DNA from: Balamuthia mandrillaris
Lineage: Eukaryota
Reading direction: 5' to 3'
Length of the DNA stretch: 64,000 nucleotides
Assembly: GCA_031835245.2 (NCBI GenBank)
Contig: JAVKOQ020000010.1
Location: 124,001-188,000 of the forward strand
In this document: positions 40,052 to 55,316 of the stretch, in pieces
How the letters are laid out: each line of letters opens with the position of its first letter
How positions within the stretch are numbered: position 1 is the first letter of the stretch
Program-made: the position numbers and the translations under genes
The notes under the pieces: model-generated
What the model was told of the DNA's origin: nothing
Databases searched by the model: none
What the model saw: the letters and a program-made list of their open reading frames with translations, nothing else

Positions 40052-42557
40052 ATGCCCTCCTGGTTTGCCTCTGTTAGCGCGTGGCTGCTGCTCCTGCTGT
40101 GCTTTTGCTGCCTCCGCGAGTGCGCCGGGCAGGCCACGGTCCCTCCGACGATGAGCGACGCCCAAAACCCGAATGCTTCCTGCGTGCACATCTCTTCCTT
40201 CACGGAGGAGGAGCTGCACGGCTGCGACAGGTACATTGACTACGAATGGATTTACTCCGACATTTATACCACAACTCGCCTCACGCACCTCGGGTTTGAA
40301 ACCTCCTTCCAGCTTTCTTTCGGGTTTATTCCCCCTTTTTTATTCTGACCTCCTCTTCCCCTTCTCTTCCTCTTCTTAGAGCTGGGATGCTTTTTTACTC
40401 TGCCAGAGACCCCATCTGTGCCAACAATTATCCTCGTTATGCCTGCCCTCTGGTCTTGAGGTCATCCCTTCTTCATTCATTCACTCTTTTTGCGGCACAA
40501 AGCAGGAGCCTAAACGTCCATGCTATTTTCTTTCTTGCTTCCGCCTGAACAGACCTTGTGCGGAGGTGGACGTCCCGCAGGAATATCAAACCCCAGGAGC
40601 TACCAACACCACCACTGTTGCCATCTTTATCTGCCACTCTTTGTGTCAGTTGTACAGGGACTCCTGCTCCGCCTCGTTGATATCAGAAGGATTGGATCCC
40701 GACATGGTGATCATCTGTGAGAAGCCCTTTAACCCGCGGGCGCATGGAGTGCCCACGGAAAACATCATGCCGAACGGGCCTAATTACACCGTTCCCATCT
40801 CTGCTGATGGCGGTAACACCTTCTTTAACTGGACGTTCTCTTGCTACGAGGGCAACAAGACCAGCGGTACATTGCTCTCATTTTTGATCCCTCTTCTTTC
40901 TTGTTTGTTGCTAATTTCAGTGGTCTGCAGTTCTGGAATACAATTGCCCAGAGGGCTTCCATCAAGTGGAGGACCAATTCTGCACTTACGACTGTCCTCA
41001 GCCATTGGTTACTGACGAACAATACGACTCGCTGACGGCGATGGTGACGGTCATGGGATGGATTTCTTTCGTCTGCTTGTTGGTCTTGATCAGTTGTTAC
41101 CTCACTACACCTGCTAAATGGAGCTATCCAGCTATTCTACCTTTATTCTTCTTTTCCGCTTTGTTAGGCCGTTGCTTTGCCTTTTGTTTGGGGAGCATGG
41201 TTGGTCATTACGATATATGGTGCGACGGAGATGGAGAGCCAAATCAATGGGGCGACCCGTGGTGCACCATTCAAGGTTTGTTTTGTCTTCATTATCTGGT
41301 TCTTTCGTCGTGTTCTTATTTTTCGTTGTGGCTTGGCCAAACTGTTGAAATGAAAAAGGAATATTCTTCGTGTATTTCACTTTAGCTGGAGCAGCCTGGT
41401 GGGCAGTCATTTCACTGCAGTTATTCTTTGCGGTTGTCATCAACAGCGATCTATTTGGAAGGATAATCAAACCTCATTTGATGGCAACACTGCACGCATG
41501 CTGTTGGGGTTTACCATTGCTTCCTTTGGTTATAGCATTGAGCACAGAACATTTAGGCTTCGGGCATGAACTGTGGTTTGCAATTTTCGCTCATGCCAAC
41601 AGATTCGTCGCGACTTGCCAGCTCATTTTCTTTTTTTGTCTACCGTAGGTGTACTATTCACAGCTCAGAGGATTTGACTTTTGAACCTACTCCCGAAGGA
41701 CCAAAACATCAACCTGATGAAGAGGCTGAGGCCAACATTTGGAACCTCATGTTGTTCACCATCCCGATCTTGCTGCTGGTTTGCGTTTGCACTGTACTAT
41801 TAGCCTGTGTCGCCGTGGCTGGTTACAGGGTTTGTCTAATGTCAGATTGTATGTCATGATATCTCTAATAGTCATCCATCCAACAAACAGATATCGCACC
41901 AAGGATGGAAGTTCTTTGTGACACAATGGAGATTGATTGCATTCTTATTGCTTTACATTGTAATCTACTCGTAAGTGTTTTTCTCACGATGCATGCCTAT
42001 TCGGTAGAAGCTAACTTGGTTGTTTTAAGTTTCGTTTTGTCGTTCCAAATCGACTTTCACGTTGCAAAGGAAGAACAGTATGCAGAGTATTCATCTTTCC
42101 TCAAGTGCACATTTAACAATGCGGCTGCTGACGGTTAGCTTTTTTCGAAACCATTTTTGTGAAAGCCAACCCCTAACTGAACTTCGTTTCCAAAGCTGTG
42201 GGGCGACCGACAGGAATAGTTTGTGAGCTAGAATCCAAAATAAGGTTTGTGCATTCTCACGTTTTACTGCTATGAACCCTTTCTGATAGGATCCTTCCGG
42301 TATGACAAAGCTACGGGCTATGGATGGTGGCCACTTTTTGCGAGGTAGCGCAAGGCTTCTTCGTTTTTCTCATTTTCGGAACCACTGCGGAGGTTTACAA
42401 AGGCTGGTGGAAGCTCCTGAGGCATCAACGCCTTCCATCCAGATCCTCATCCTCCTCTGACCATGCGACAGAGCTTGCAGGCACTAATCTCAAGAAAGTG
42501 AAAGGCCACACCGTTCTCACTACTCAAAAGCAAGAGGAGGAGGAGGATGAACACTGA
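40052..42557 (+). CDS. Frizzled/Smoothened-like (class F) GPCR
   Basis: Signal peptide, Cys-rich ectodomain, CPQPL hinge, YPA, WCTIQG, YFTLAGAAWW, HACCWGLP, QGFFVFLIFGT. About seven hydrophobic segments. Confidence 0.85.
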
Positions 42558-42635
42558 CCTTGACTACATTAGAAAGATCGAGGACTGTAACTCTTGCAAT
42601 GTATAGTGCTGATATAAAAAATAACATAACGTAGG

Positions 42636-43919
42636 TCAAGAGGAAGGGTCATCCCAAGTAAGAGTGAAAGTATCCCGATGCACTTGACACTGATAGACGG
42701 TAGCCACGCCAGCGTCTCCCCATTGAAATGGAAGTAGAGGGCCTTCCTCCAGCGCCATTACCCTCCTCATTGGCTCCGAACAATGAGTGCAGCAGGGCGG
42801 GTCATGCGCTCCGGCTGCAAAGCAGCAAGGCCATCCACTAAACTTGGTGTGCCGCTTGGGCACATGCTGTTCGTCGCTGATCACGTCGTGGACACCCAAC
42901 ACGGCTTCCATCAGCTGAGTGGGAGGATAGTCCACATACTTTCGCCAGCCAACAATCTCCCACTCTCTCTTCAGCACCATTTGCATGTCAGAAGGAACTA
43001 ACGGCGGACTAGCCTGCAGCAGTGTTGTGCGTCGTGCTCGTTCCACCTTTGCCACGAACTGCCGCAGCTCCTCTGGAATCGTTTGGGGAATACTGCTCTC
43101 TTCACCCTCAGGCTGAGAAATAAGAAGGGCTTCAGCAGCGCGTCTCTTCAGGGTGTCTTTATCAGTGGAGGGCAGCAAAGGAGCATCCAACAAGCGGACC
43201 AGCATGCCATCGCCACTCGAGTAACAGTCTCCACAGGCAAAGCCCTGCAACAGCTTGGATTGACTGCACTCCTCCCAAAGTTCACGAGGAATCAACTGGT
43301 TTAGGAGTTCTTTTGGATCATCCGCAGAGACCGCCGGAAGGTCACTTGCGTGCAGCTGGAAGAGGAAGGTGAGGGGCAGTGCGCATTGGTCACACTCGGG
43401 CCAGGTCTCGCCTTCTGGCAGGAAGGGCCGCACCCCTCCGAACCTCGACATGCCGGAGGGACTGCTAATGCGCAGTTCCTCCAAGCCACTTTCATCCTGA
43501 CCCGCCTCACAGTAAGAGGAGCCTACTTCGGTGGGCCAGCCGGAGGATTTGGCGTTCTCGTCCTCTTCTTCCTCTTCCTCTTCCTCCTTCTCATTGTAGG
43601 TGTAAGAGTAACCGGGCAAGTCGGAGCCCGAGGGGTAGTCCGTGAGCACATTGCTCAGTCTAACGCACGGCACGAAACAATGGCGCTTGAACGGCTCCCA
43701 ATTGATGTCCTCCGCCGAAAGCTCCTCCTTTCCCTCTGCTTTTTTTCGCTCTTCCTCCACCTCCGCGTCGTCCTTTAATGTTTTCGGTTGGGGGGCAGCG
43801 TCTGTTTCTTTGTGTCTTTTTGCGGGTTGGTCCTCCTCCTCCTCCTGTTCAGGCTCATTTTCATCCGTTGCCCGAGCCCGCTTGGCACCCGCACCTGTGC
43901 TACTCTGTTCTTGACCCAT
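42636..43919 (-). CDS. Intronless YwqG/DUF1963 (PDCD2-C-like) protein
   Basis: SRFGGVRPFLP..ETWPECDQC..PLTFLFQL; TKFSGWP...CTHC.EPM; FQWGDAGVATVYQC..H...TLTW. Confidence 0.72.
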   Translation of the reverse strand: MGQEQSSTGAGAKRARATDENEPEQEEEEDQPAKRHKETDAAPQPKTLKDDAEVEEERKKAEGKEELSAEDINWEPFKRHCFVPCVRLSNVLTDYPSGSDLPGYSYTYNEKEEEEEEEEDENAKSSGWPTEVGSSYCEAGQDESGLEELRISSPSGMSRFGGVRPFLPEGETWPECDQCALPLTFLFQLHASDLPAVSADDPKELLNQLIPRELWEECSQSKLLQGFACGDCYSSGDGMLVRLLDAPLLPSTDKDTLKRRAAEALLISQPEGEESSIPQTIPEELRQFVAKVERARRTTLLQASPPLVPSDMQMVLKREWEIVGWRKYVDYPPTQLMEAVLGVHDVISDEQHVPKRHTKFSGWPCCFAAGAHDPPCCTHCSEPMRRVMALEEGPLLPFQWGDAGVATVYQCQVHRDTFTLTWDDPSS

Positions 43920-44039
43920 TGTCGTGTACGTAGAAACACACTGCCTTCACCGCAGCGCTCAGCTTTGCAATATGTATTAATTAATGTATCATATAATAAC
44001 ACGTTATTTCCAGGAATATTTTTAGCAAAAAAAATACTT

Positions 44040-44052
44040 CATGTCGACGCGA
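44040..44052 (+). promoter_or_regulatory. CATGTCGACgcGA motif in the YwqG-like/INTS2 divergent promoter
   Basis: Recurrent intergenic motif. Confidence 0.5.
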
Positions 44053-44096
44053 GATTTAGTGACAAAAAAAAAAAGGAGAGAGAGAGCAAGAGAGGA

Positions 44097-44941
44097 ATGG
44101 CGGAGGGGGAAGCTTGCTTCTTCGAAGCGGTGCACGGCGGCTGCTTTGATGTGGTCACCGAGCATGCCGCCAAAGGCAAGCGTGAAGTGGTAGCGTTCCT
44201 GCCGTACCTGGTTCGCCTCGCTGTGGAAACGGAGAGCTACGAGTTTTTGCTGACCAGCTTGCAACCTTTTCCAGAGGTAGCGTATCCTCCGTGATGGGTC
44301 ACTGCCAACCAATTGTTTCTTCGTTGGCGTTTTCCTCCTCTTTTTATTGAGTGCCTACGACACATACGCACGAATGCCTGCTCACCCACAAAAAATAGGT
44401 GAGCACCGTGCTGTCGTACCTCGCTCTGCCATTCGACCAGCTGGAAGCCGCCCTCGCTGAGGAGCTACAGCACAAAAGCAAGTTGCACGCAGCTGTACGA
44501 CCCTTTCACTTTGTTCTCTCCCTCCCTCTATCCTCTGCTTTCTTCTTTTGCGCTGATATTGCATCTCTCCTCTCAACGAGCAGAATGTAAGGGAAGGAAG
44601 TCTGGTCGCTTCATTGGGGGAAGAGCTTTCGACAGAGTTTGAGGCTGGTGATGCCTACCGTCGCATGCGATTGGTGTTGAGCGAGGTTATGAATGTGATA
44701 GCTCACTGGCGTCACTTCAACAAGCACCGCAGCGAGTGGAAGAGACAAAAGAGAACAGGAAAGGGCAAAGGCGGAGCTCAAAACGAACCAGAAGAGCGTT
44801 TGAGAGGCAGCCTCTTATACTTTGATGCAGAGCTGCTAGGCAGTGCTGCTTACTCTGGCGAAGTGGAGTTGCTACTTCCCGTTGCTGTATTACGATGCAC
44901 TGAAGCTCTTACATTATCCGTACATTCTTTCTCTTATCTCT

Positions 44942-44984
<43 letters not shown>

Positions 44985-46013
44985 ACACAATCCTCGCCTT
45001 CCGTTGGCTATGGCAATAGGAACTGGTGCAAGCCTTGCTTTGCGTACCAATGGCAAGCGGTCGATTGATAAAAGCTCTGTTGTGTAACTTACCAGCGGGG
45101 CGGATGGACATTCTTAACGCACTACTGGCTTGCGCTTCAGTGATGGACTCACAACAAGATCATCACCAGCAGCAGCTTGCTCGCGTGGTCAACGATGTTA
45201 TCCTCGAGTTTTGTTTTCTGTCACGTGCTAGCGCTCTCTGGATCCGGGCAATGTTAGTACGGCGTCGGTTACTTCCCGAGCTAGTCTTCCAACTCACCCT
45301 TCATTACATTCATGATGAGGTATCTCTCTCCCTTCTTACTGTGACGCATAAACTAACGCTACAATCGTTGAACTAGGTTCCATTTATGATTAGCTTGTTC
45401 GAGGATTACAGATGGATGCAAAGCTTTATAAAGCAACAACAGGAAGAAGCGGCATTACGACAACCTGCTGCTACATCAACCGAACGAAGCAGACGTGGTA
45501 GTGCACAATCTAGTCAACAGCAGCAACAGCTAAAGCATGGAAAGAATCGCATGGGTGGCCTCCCCAAACCAGCCAAAGACGGCAGCAGCAAGAGCACTGG
45601 TAAGGAAAAGGTGAGTAGTGGCGATGGAGGCAAAGAAGAAGGAGAAGCGGAAGAAAACTTCAGGGATAAAACAACAGCAGCAATAGCAAGATTGAACAAG
45701 GATAGCAAACAAACGAACAAGTCGACGATACTTCCTCTTCAGGCTATGCGAGACAGGTTGCTCTTACATGTTGGGCAGTGCATCAAATCATTGCACCCTG
45801 CGACCAAGTCAACCGTATCTTTCGATAAGCAGGAAACGGAACCAATGGCCATTAATAGTGATACGCGTAATTCTGATTCGTCATCTATTCGGCATGACAG
45901 CACCACTCTGTTGCGTCTGTACTGTGGGCTGGTGGGCTTGATGAAGATGAAGCTTACGTCTGAAGAAATGAACGCTATCCTCGATATTTTGAATTACTCT
46001 CACGAAGAACGGT

Positions 46014-46058
<45 letters not shown>

Positions 46059-49000
46059 CTCAATCACTCGCTCGCTCGCTCTCACTCCCTCAATTAATGT
46101 TACCTTCTTGTAGGACTACTAAGCTGGGTATTTGTTGGTTGCTCGGCTGTGAATCACTGCTTAAACGACGTTCTAAGGTACGTTCTCTCTCTTTCTCTCT
46201 GTACGATGCTCTCTCACCATTATGCACATGAGAGTAGGATAAAGTGAAGGACTGTGTGGAGGCCATGTTGAAAGGACGCAACTGTTTGGAGATGTTACTG
46301 CTGGTGGCTATTCACTTTCATACCGACCAACTAGCATCAATCGTGGAGTTAATAAAGGGCACATTGGGCCTTTCTGCAATATCGGTACACAGTAGCAGTC
46401 TCAATGACATGAAAGAGTTATTCACAGAAGAATTGCTTACTGAGGAAATAGTAGCTAAGAAAGCGGTTGCATTGCCGGTCGTTCAACAGGTTCTTATTCT
46501 TTTCTGTTATTATTATTGTTGTTAGTTTTTACATCTCTTTCTTTCTATCATATGTCAGCTATGTGCCAATGAGAGCATGTCGTTTGGCGTGATGTGCGTA
46601 TACCATTTGCTCAAGAACAAAATCTTTTTGAAACACGAGGTGGACGTAGGCGAATGGGTCTTTTCTCAAATAAGCAATGCTAGCGAGCCGATACATCATC
46701 TCCTTCCCTCGTTGTTAGAAGAGTGGGCCAAATGGTTTTTTCTATCACCTGTCAATCTAATGTTTTATCGCTAATTCCCTTCACAAACAGTATTGTTGGG
46801 CCTCCCGAAGCATCATCGGGTGGTAGCTTCCTAATGCAGAGGCCCAGCGAGGAAAGTATAAAGCGGGTTTTTGGTGCTAGTGATGACCAACGAGACCATC
46901 AGCACAGATGGGTGGAGGAAATGACCAGCAACGAACGCGCCACTCAAGTCCTTTTCCTCTATTTCGTATTATTCTATAATTCGTACGTGCAAAGCCTCAA
47001 TGTTGAACTGAAGAATAAGAGCCAGACTTCTTCTGCGCTTTCCCGTCTTGGTATCCTTCTTTCTCCACACAACGCTCTTTTTCCATAATCTCATAAGGGG
47101 TTATTCCAAACAGGCGGGGGCTATTCTTCTGAGTTGGTGGAATGCCTTCCTGTGAAGGCATTGTTATCCTGGGCAAAGGCCCACTCTACAACTCATTACG
47201 CAAATATTTACCCACCTTTACTGTCGTTAGTGGTAAGCTTACTGCCGGGTATTCTTATCGTCACCAACATTCTACGAGAAGAAGAACAAGAGCATAGGTA
47301 TGTAACCACGTTGATAATTCAAAGTTATTTACTTTAGTGATGGATGGGTTTTATTTCCCTTTGTATTTTTTTTTTTGAAAAATTGCAGCACGACCAAGCG
47401 GTTTACCGAGGTAGAAGAGTTTCGGTACACGGATTTAACTTCACAAACAGAACTTGGCAACAATTTCGAGAAGGACAAGGCCGAAGTATTGCAGAAACAG
47501 AGCGAGGAGCTGGCAAATCTAACCATCAACCCGCGCCCATCCACGTTACTTCCCGTGGATTTCGTGGATGGTGTCTTTGCGACTTGTCTTGACAATCCGC
47601 TTCGAGCTATATTTGGTACACTTTTTATTTTACCAGAAAACCTTCAAGACCCAAACTCACCTGGTCTTGTTAGTAATGCGTAAATTGCAGAAAATGAAGA
47701 CATGGCAACTCCAGCGGTATGCTGATAGTCTAACATTCACGTTGCTACCATTGCTAGTGAACTACCGCCAAAAGCCACAAATGCACCAAATCATCACCCT
47801 GTTCGCAGACATATGGGAGGGCCTATACACACTAATACCGTTTCAACTTGCGATGAAGACTATAAATGCTCTGACAACTGAGACCATGGACGAAGTTGCA
47901 ACGAAGCCTTCTTCTCCATCTACACGGTTTTTTTCCGAGCTTTTTTGTCCCTATTATCTCTTTAACTGTACGTTTGCTAACCCATTACCATAAATAGGAA
48001 GAACACGCTAACACACACCCATGTGGTCATGGATCCTTTGATAGTGCTCCGCTGTGAGCCGAACGTGTTCCGTATTCCTGCTCTGTTGAAGGTCATTTTG
48101 CAAATACTCAACAGTTATATCGTTGAAGCCCACAACTATATCAATGCACAAATAGCAATGGAGCCTACCGTGCGTTAAAACACCCTTACAATGATAATGT
48201 TATGCTTTCTAGTTTAACTTTGACAATAGGGAAGCTCGAAAGTGGAGGAGTTTAACACGCTACTGCTAGCTCAAGATAGTGCGGTGGTGCAAGCTTTGTT
48301 GGAAGTATGCACCAAAGATGAGGAATGGGACAAGAATAGCACTGAAGGTACATATCCTGCTAGTTCATTGAAAGATACTTCTAACACTCAATGTTTACCA
48401 GGTGTATTGGAAGAAGTGAGGATACATGTTTGCACTTTCCTGCATCAACTCTTCATTGAAAACCCGCTCATGCTCAAGTTAGTCCATTTCCAGGGCTACA
48501 GAGTGGATCTATTACCAATCACGGTGCTGGGCATTCCATCTATGCATATCCTTTCTTCTCCCTTCCCTCCCCTCCCTCGCGCGCCTTTGTAACCCCTTAA
48601 CTCGTTCTCACATGTCTGTCTCGAGTTTCTTCCGGAGCTGCTATCGCAACCTCAGGTAGAAAAGCAAATATTTGGCGTTCATTTAGCGGCACACCTTATA
48701 GAAAAGTACCCCCTTCCCAAAAGGTCGGCAGTTACCTTCCTGTTGTTGGTTCTGCAAACGCTCTTCTTACTATTTTTTACCCAGTCTGGAAGTAGCTCGC
48801 ATGGTTTTGCACAAGCTACGGACAGTCCGTGCGACGATGGACGATGCCCCTTCATTTTTGCTCCAAACTATTTCTTGTTTGCCAAAACTAGTGGCTGCCT
48901 TTCCTACATTTCTTGCCGAGGAAGCTGTAGCATTTCTTGTTGGCACGTTTCTCCTCCTCCAAGGATATTTAAGCTCCACTTTAAAACGTTTGTCGGACTT

Positions 49001-49142
49001 ATTTCCCCTATCCAACACAGATATTACGCCACTGGCCCAGTCTACTTCTGCCACTTCCTCGGATATGGCACTAAAGCATCCACAACTGCACGCAGAGATA
49101 CACAGCAACTTTCGGGCTATACTCAAAGCTCTTCGCCAATAA
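44097..49142 (+). CDS. INTS2: Integrator complex subunit 2
   Basis: FLPYLVR, TEFE.GDAYRRMRLVLSE, EMLLLVAIHFH, LLAQDSAVVQALLEVC, CTFLHQLFIENP.MLKLVHFQGY..DLLPITV.GIPSMH|VCLEFLPELL. Confidence 0.9.
48546..48611 (+). other. U12-type AT-AC intron in INTS2
   Basis: 5' ATATCCTTT, branch CCCCTTAAC about 10 nt from the end, 3' CAC. Removal restores IPSMH-VCLEFLPELL. Confidence 0.93.
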
Positions 49143-49188
49143 TTGTTACATACCATTGCCTTTGCTTTTCTTCTTTCGTTGCAAGAGT

Positions 49189-49321
49189 TTATTGGTGATA
49201 CTCAGTGCCCAGCTCTCCTGCCTCGAATGATACGACGGAGCAGTAGCCGTCCGCTGATGATACGAAGAGGCGAGTGCCATCCGCCGTCCTGCATGAGGCT
49301 ACTGTCAGTTTGCCTTATTGC

Positions 49322-49363
<42 letters not shown>

Positions 49364-50697
49364 TGACCAACAAAGGTCTGTGAGGGGTGCATAATGCAGG
49401 TCAGCAACCATACAGAGAGGATAGGTGTGCTGTGTGTCATAGATCAGTACGCGACGAAGAGTGGCCACTGCAAAAATCCTTTTTTTACCCCATGCCCCTA
49501 TTAGATTTCAACTTTTGAAGTGTGTTGAGAGAAGGAGCATACATGCGATAATCCAGCTTCAACAAAGAACCAGGATAGCATGAGGAGGTAGGACTCTTCT
49601 CAAGAGCAAACAGCTTTGGGTTGCAACGCACAGCGATGGCTGGCTCTGAGCAAGGGTAGTGCATAACCGGCCTATTACCATGAATGATTCGGGGTTTGGA
49701 TCAGGAAATGGGAAACTTATAAGAAGAATTGCTCACGTTTTCAACGAGTTGCGGGCAAAGGCATAGACAGTATTTACAAGGGGAGAGTCAGCAGTAGCTT
49801 GAAATTGAGCTGTTGGTGTGAGCAACAGAGATCCATCCACCGTCCATGCCAGTCGTCGAAAGAAACTAAAGGTTTAAAGAATAAAGAAAAAAGAAAAAAA
49901 ACAGGTTAGCAAGATGGCCCGGTAAGTGAACTATTGCAACATACGAAGACACGGTTTCGTTAAGATAGATTCTGTGTTTGTGCTGTTCGTCTATTTCTCT
50001 GGAGGTGACGACATTGCGGCAAATGAACGAAGAGAATCCTTTTTTAGGTTTTGTGCTGGTAGAGCCAGGTTGTTTGTACAGTCGGACAGACCTATCAGAG
50101 CTTTGAGTGGCGAGATATTGGTGTTGAGGATCCCACGCCACTCCCTTTGTTGGTGAACGAAAAGTAAGTTAAATCACCTGTTGAAAAAACGATATAAGAA
50201 ACACATACCTGAACATAGTGGCCGTGGTCCTCAAGCTTTTGCTTCATCTTGCCTGTGGTAACGTCCCACACCGCCACGCTGTTATCAGTGCTACCAGAGA
50301 GTAAGTACCTGCTGCAGGGCGACCATGCTATATCATACACATCCGCATGTCCCCTGGTTATTTATTTATTTATTTAGGTATTTTGAAAGAAATGTTTCAC
50401 CACAGGGGTTAAACCACTAACCTTAGCATACGGACAATGCCCCATGTCTCTTTACTGACAGTCTCTGCTTCTTCGCCAAAGTCTTTGGGCGGTGGTTCCT
50501 CTGAGACCAAACGCCAAAGAACAATTGTACCATCTATTTCGATTGCGAATGAACCCGTTAGTTTTGCTTCTATTTGTTGGAACTTCATCAATGAGAACAA
50601 CGAACCGTCACTACCGCTCGCCAGCAAAGCCCCTGTTTGCAATCACATGTGTTTTTTATTGTTTGACGAGTTTACTCAGCACAAAGAGGAAAGCAGA

Positions 50698-50750
<53 letters not shown>

Positions 50751-51121
50751 GTAGCGACCATCGGGCGAAAAGCGAACGACATTAACGGGTTTATCGTGCC
50801 GTGACAAATGCGCTCTGAACTCGACGTGCACTGGTGGTAGTGAGGGGGTGGGTACATGTGTTTTGACTGCATTTCCATTGGCAGCAGCACCCACCGTTGA
50901 ACTACAACCGTCCACTACTTTCCATACCTACAAAAAAAAAGTGGCAAGCAGGGTTGGTCACCGCCGTAACATCACAGCCAAAGAAAGTGTACCAAGGGAA
51001 AACGTACGTTGACGTTGCGGTCCGCGCCGCCAGTGGCAAGCCTACCCGACCTACTGTCCACATCTACCGAAAACACAGGTTCGCGCTGGTGCCATGCTAT
51101 CAACAAGGGAGCAGCCTTCAT
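49189..51121 (-). CDS. CHAF1B: Chromatin assembly factor 1 subunit B (p60/Cac2), WD40
   Basis: IAWHQREPVFSVD, RLATGGAD, LSRHDKPVNVVRFSP, DVYDIAWSP, HGHYVQ|GVAWDP, FFRRLAW, LHYAPLTDLCW, SSADGYCS. Confidence 0.92.
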
Positions 51122-51495
51122 CCTTTTTTGCTTTGTTTCACCTCACGGTGGCCCTATTTGATTGTTTGTTTTTAACTCTCTCTGTCTCTTGTCTCTCTCT
51201 ATGCGTTGGCGCTGCCCTCCCTGCAGCCCCCCTCCAAAACCGTTAACGTGGGATAGCATTTTCCCGCCAAAATTGGCACACATTTTTTCCCTTCCTCCGG
51301 GGAAGGCAAACACAACAAAGGAGAGGCCTAAAGCAAAAATAGAAGGCAAGGGGTTTTTAATAAACAAACAAACAAAGCTACTAATTTTGCTTTATTTTCG
51401 TTATAGTCCCCATGGGTGGGTGATATGGGAGCACGAAAAAAGGGCAAAGAGCTTACTCTGAGGAATAGTTTGTTAATTGAAAGGGGGAAAAAAGC

Positions 51496-54968
<3,473 letters not shown>

Positions 54969-55231
54969 TTTGGCAACTAAGGTCGTTCAAGCAAAATCTG
55001 TTTTTCGATTGATTGAAGCCTGGGGGGAGGGATGGAGAGGTGGAGGAGACCAGCGACTGGCAAAAAAACTTTTGTGGTTGTGGTGGGGGGTCGTTCAATT
55101 CACCCACCCCTGCCTGCCTCTCTTTCTTTCTTTCTGCTAAAATTTTTGCCAGCAAACAGCAGGCTCCCTTCCCCTCCCCTCCCCTTGCAAAACAAAATAA
55201 TACAGTCGACACAAATGTGCACCTCTCTCTG

Positions 55232-55244
55232 ATGTCGACCTGAA
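55232..55244 (+). promoter_or_regulatory. ATGTCGACctGAA motif in the CUL2 divergent promoter
   Basis: Recurrent motif; a second GTCGAC lies at 55205-55210. Confidence 0.45.
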
Positions 55245-55316
55245 GGGATAGCTAGCGCGAGGAGAACGAGAGCTCTCTTTCTCTTCGCCTGTCCGCCTGG
55301 CGCCTTGGACTGCGCC

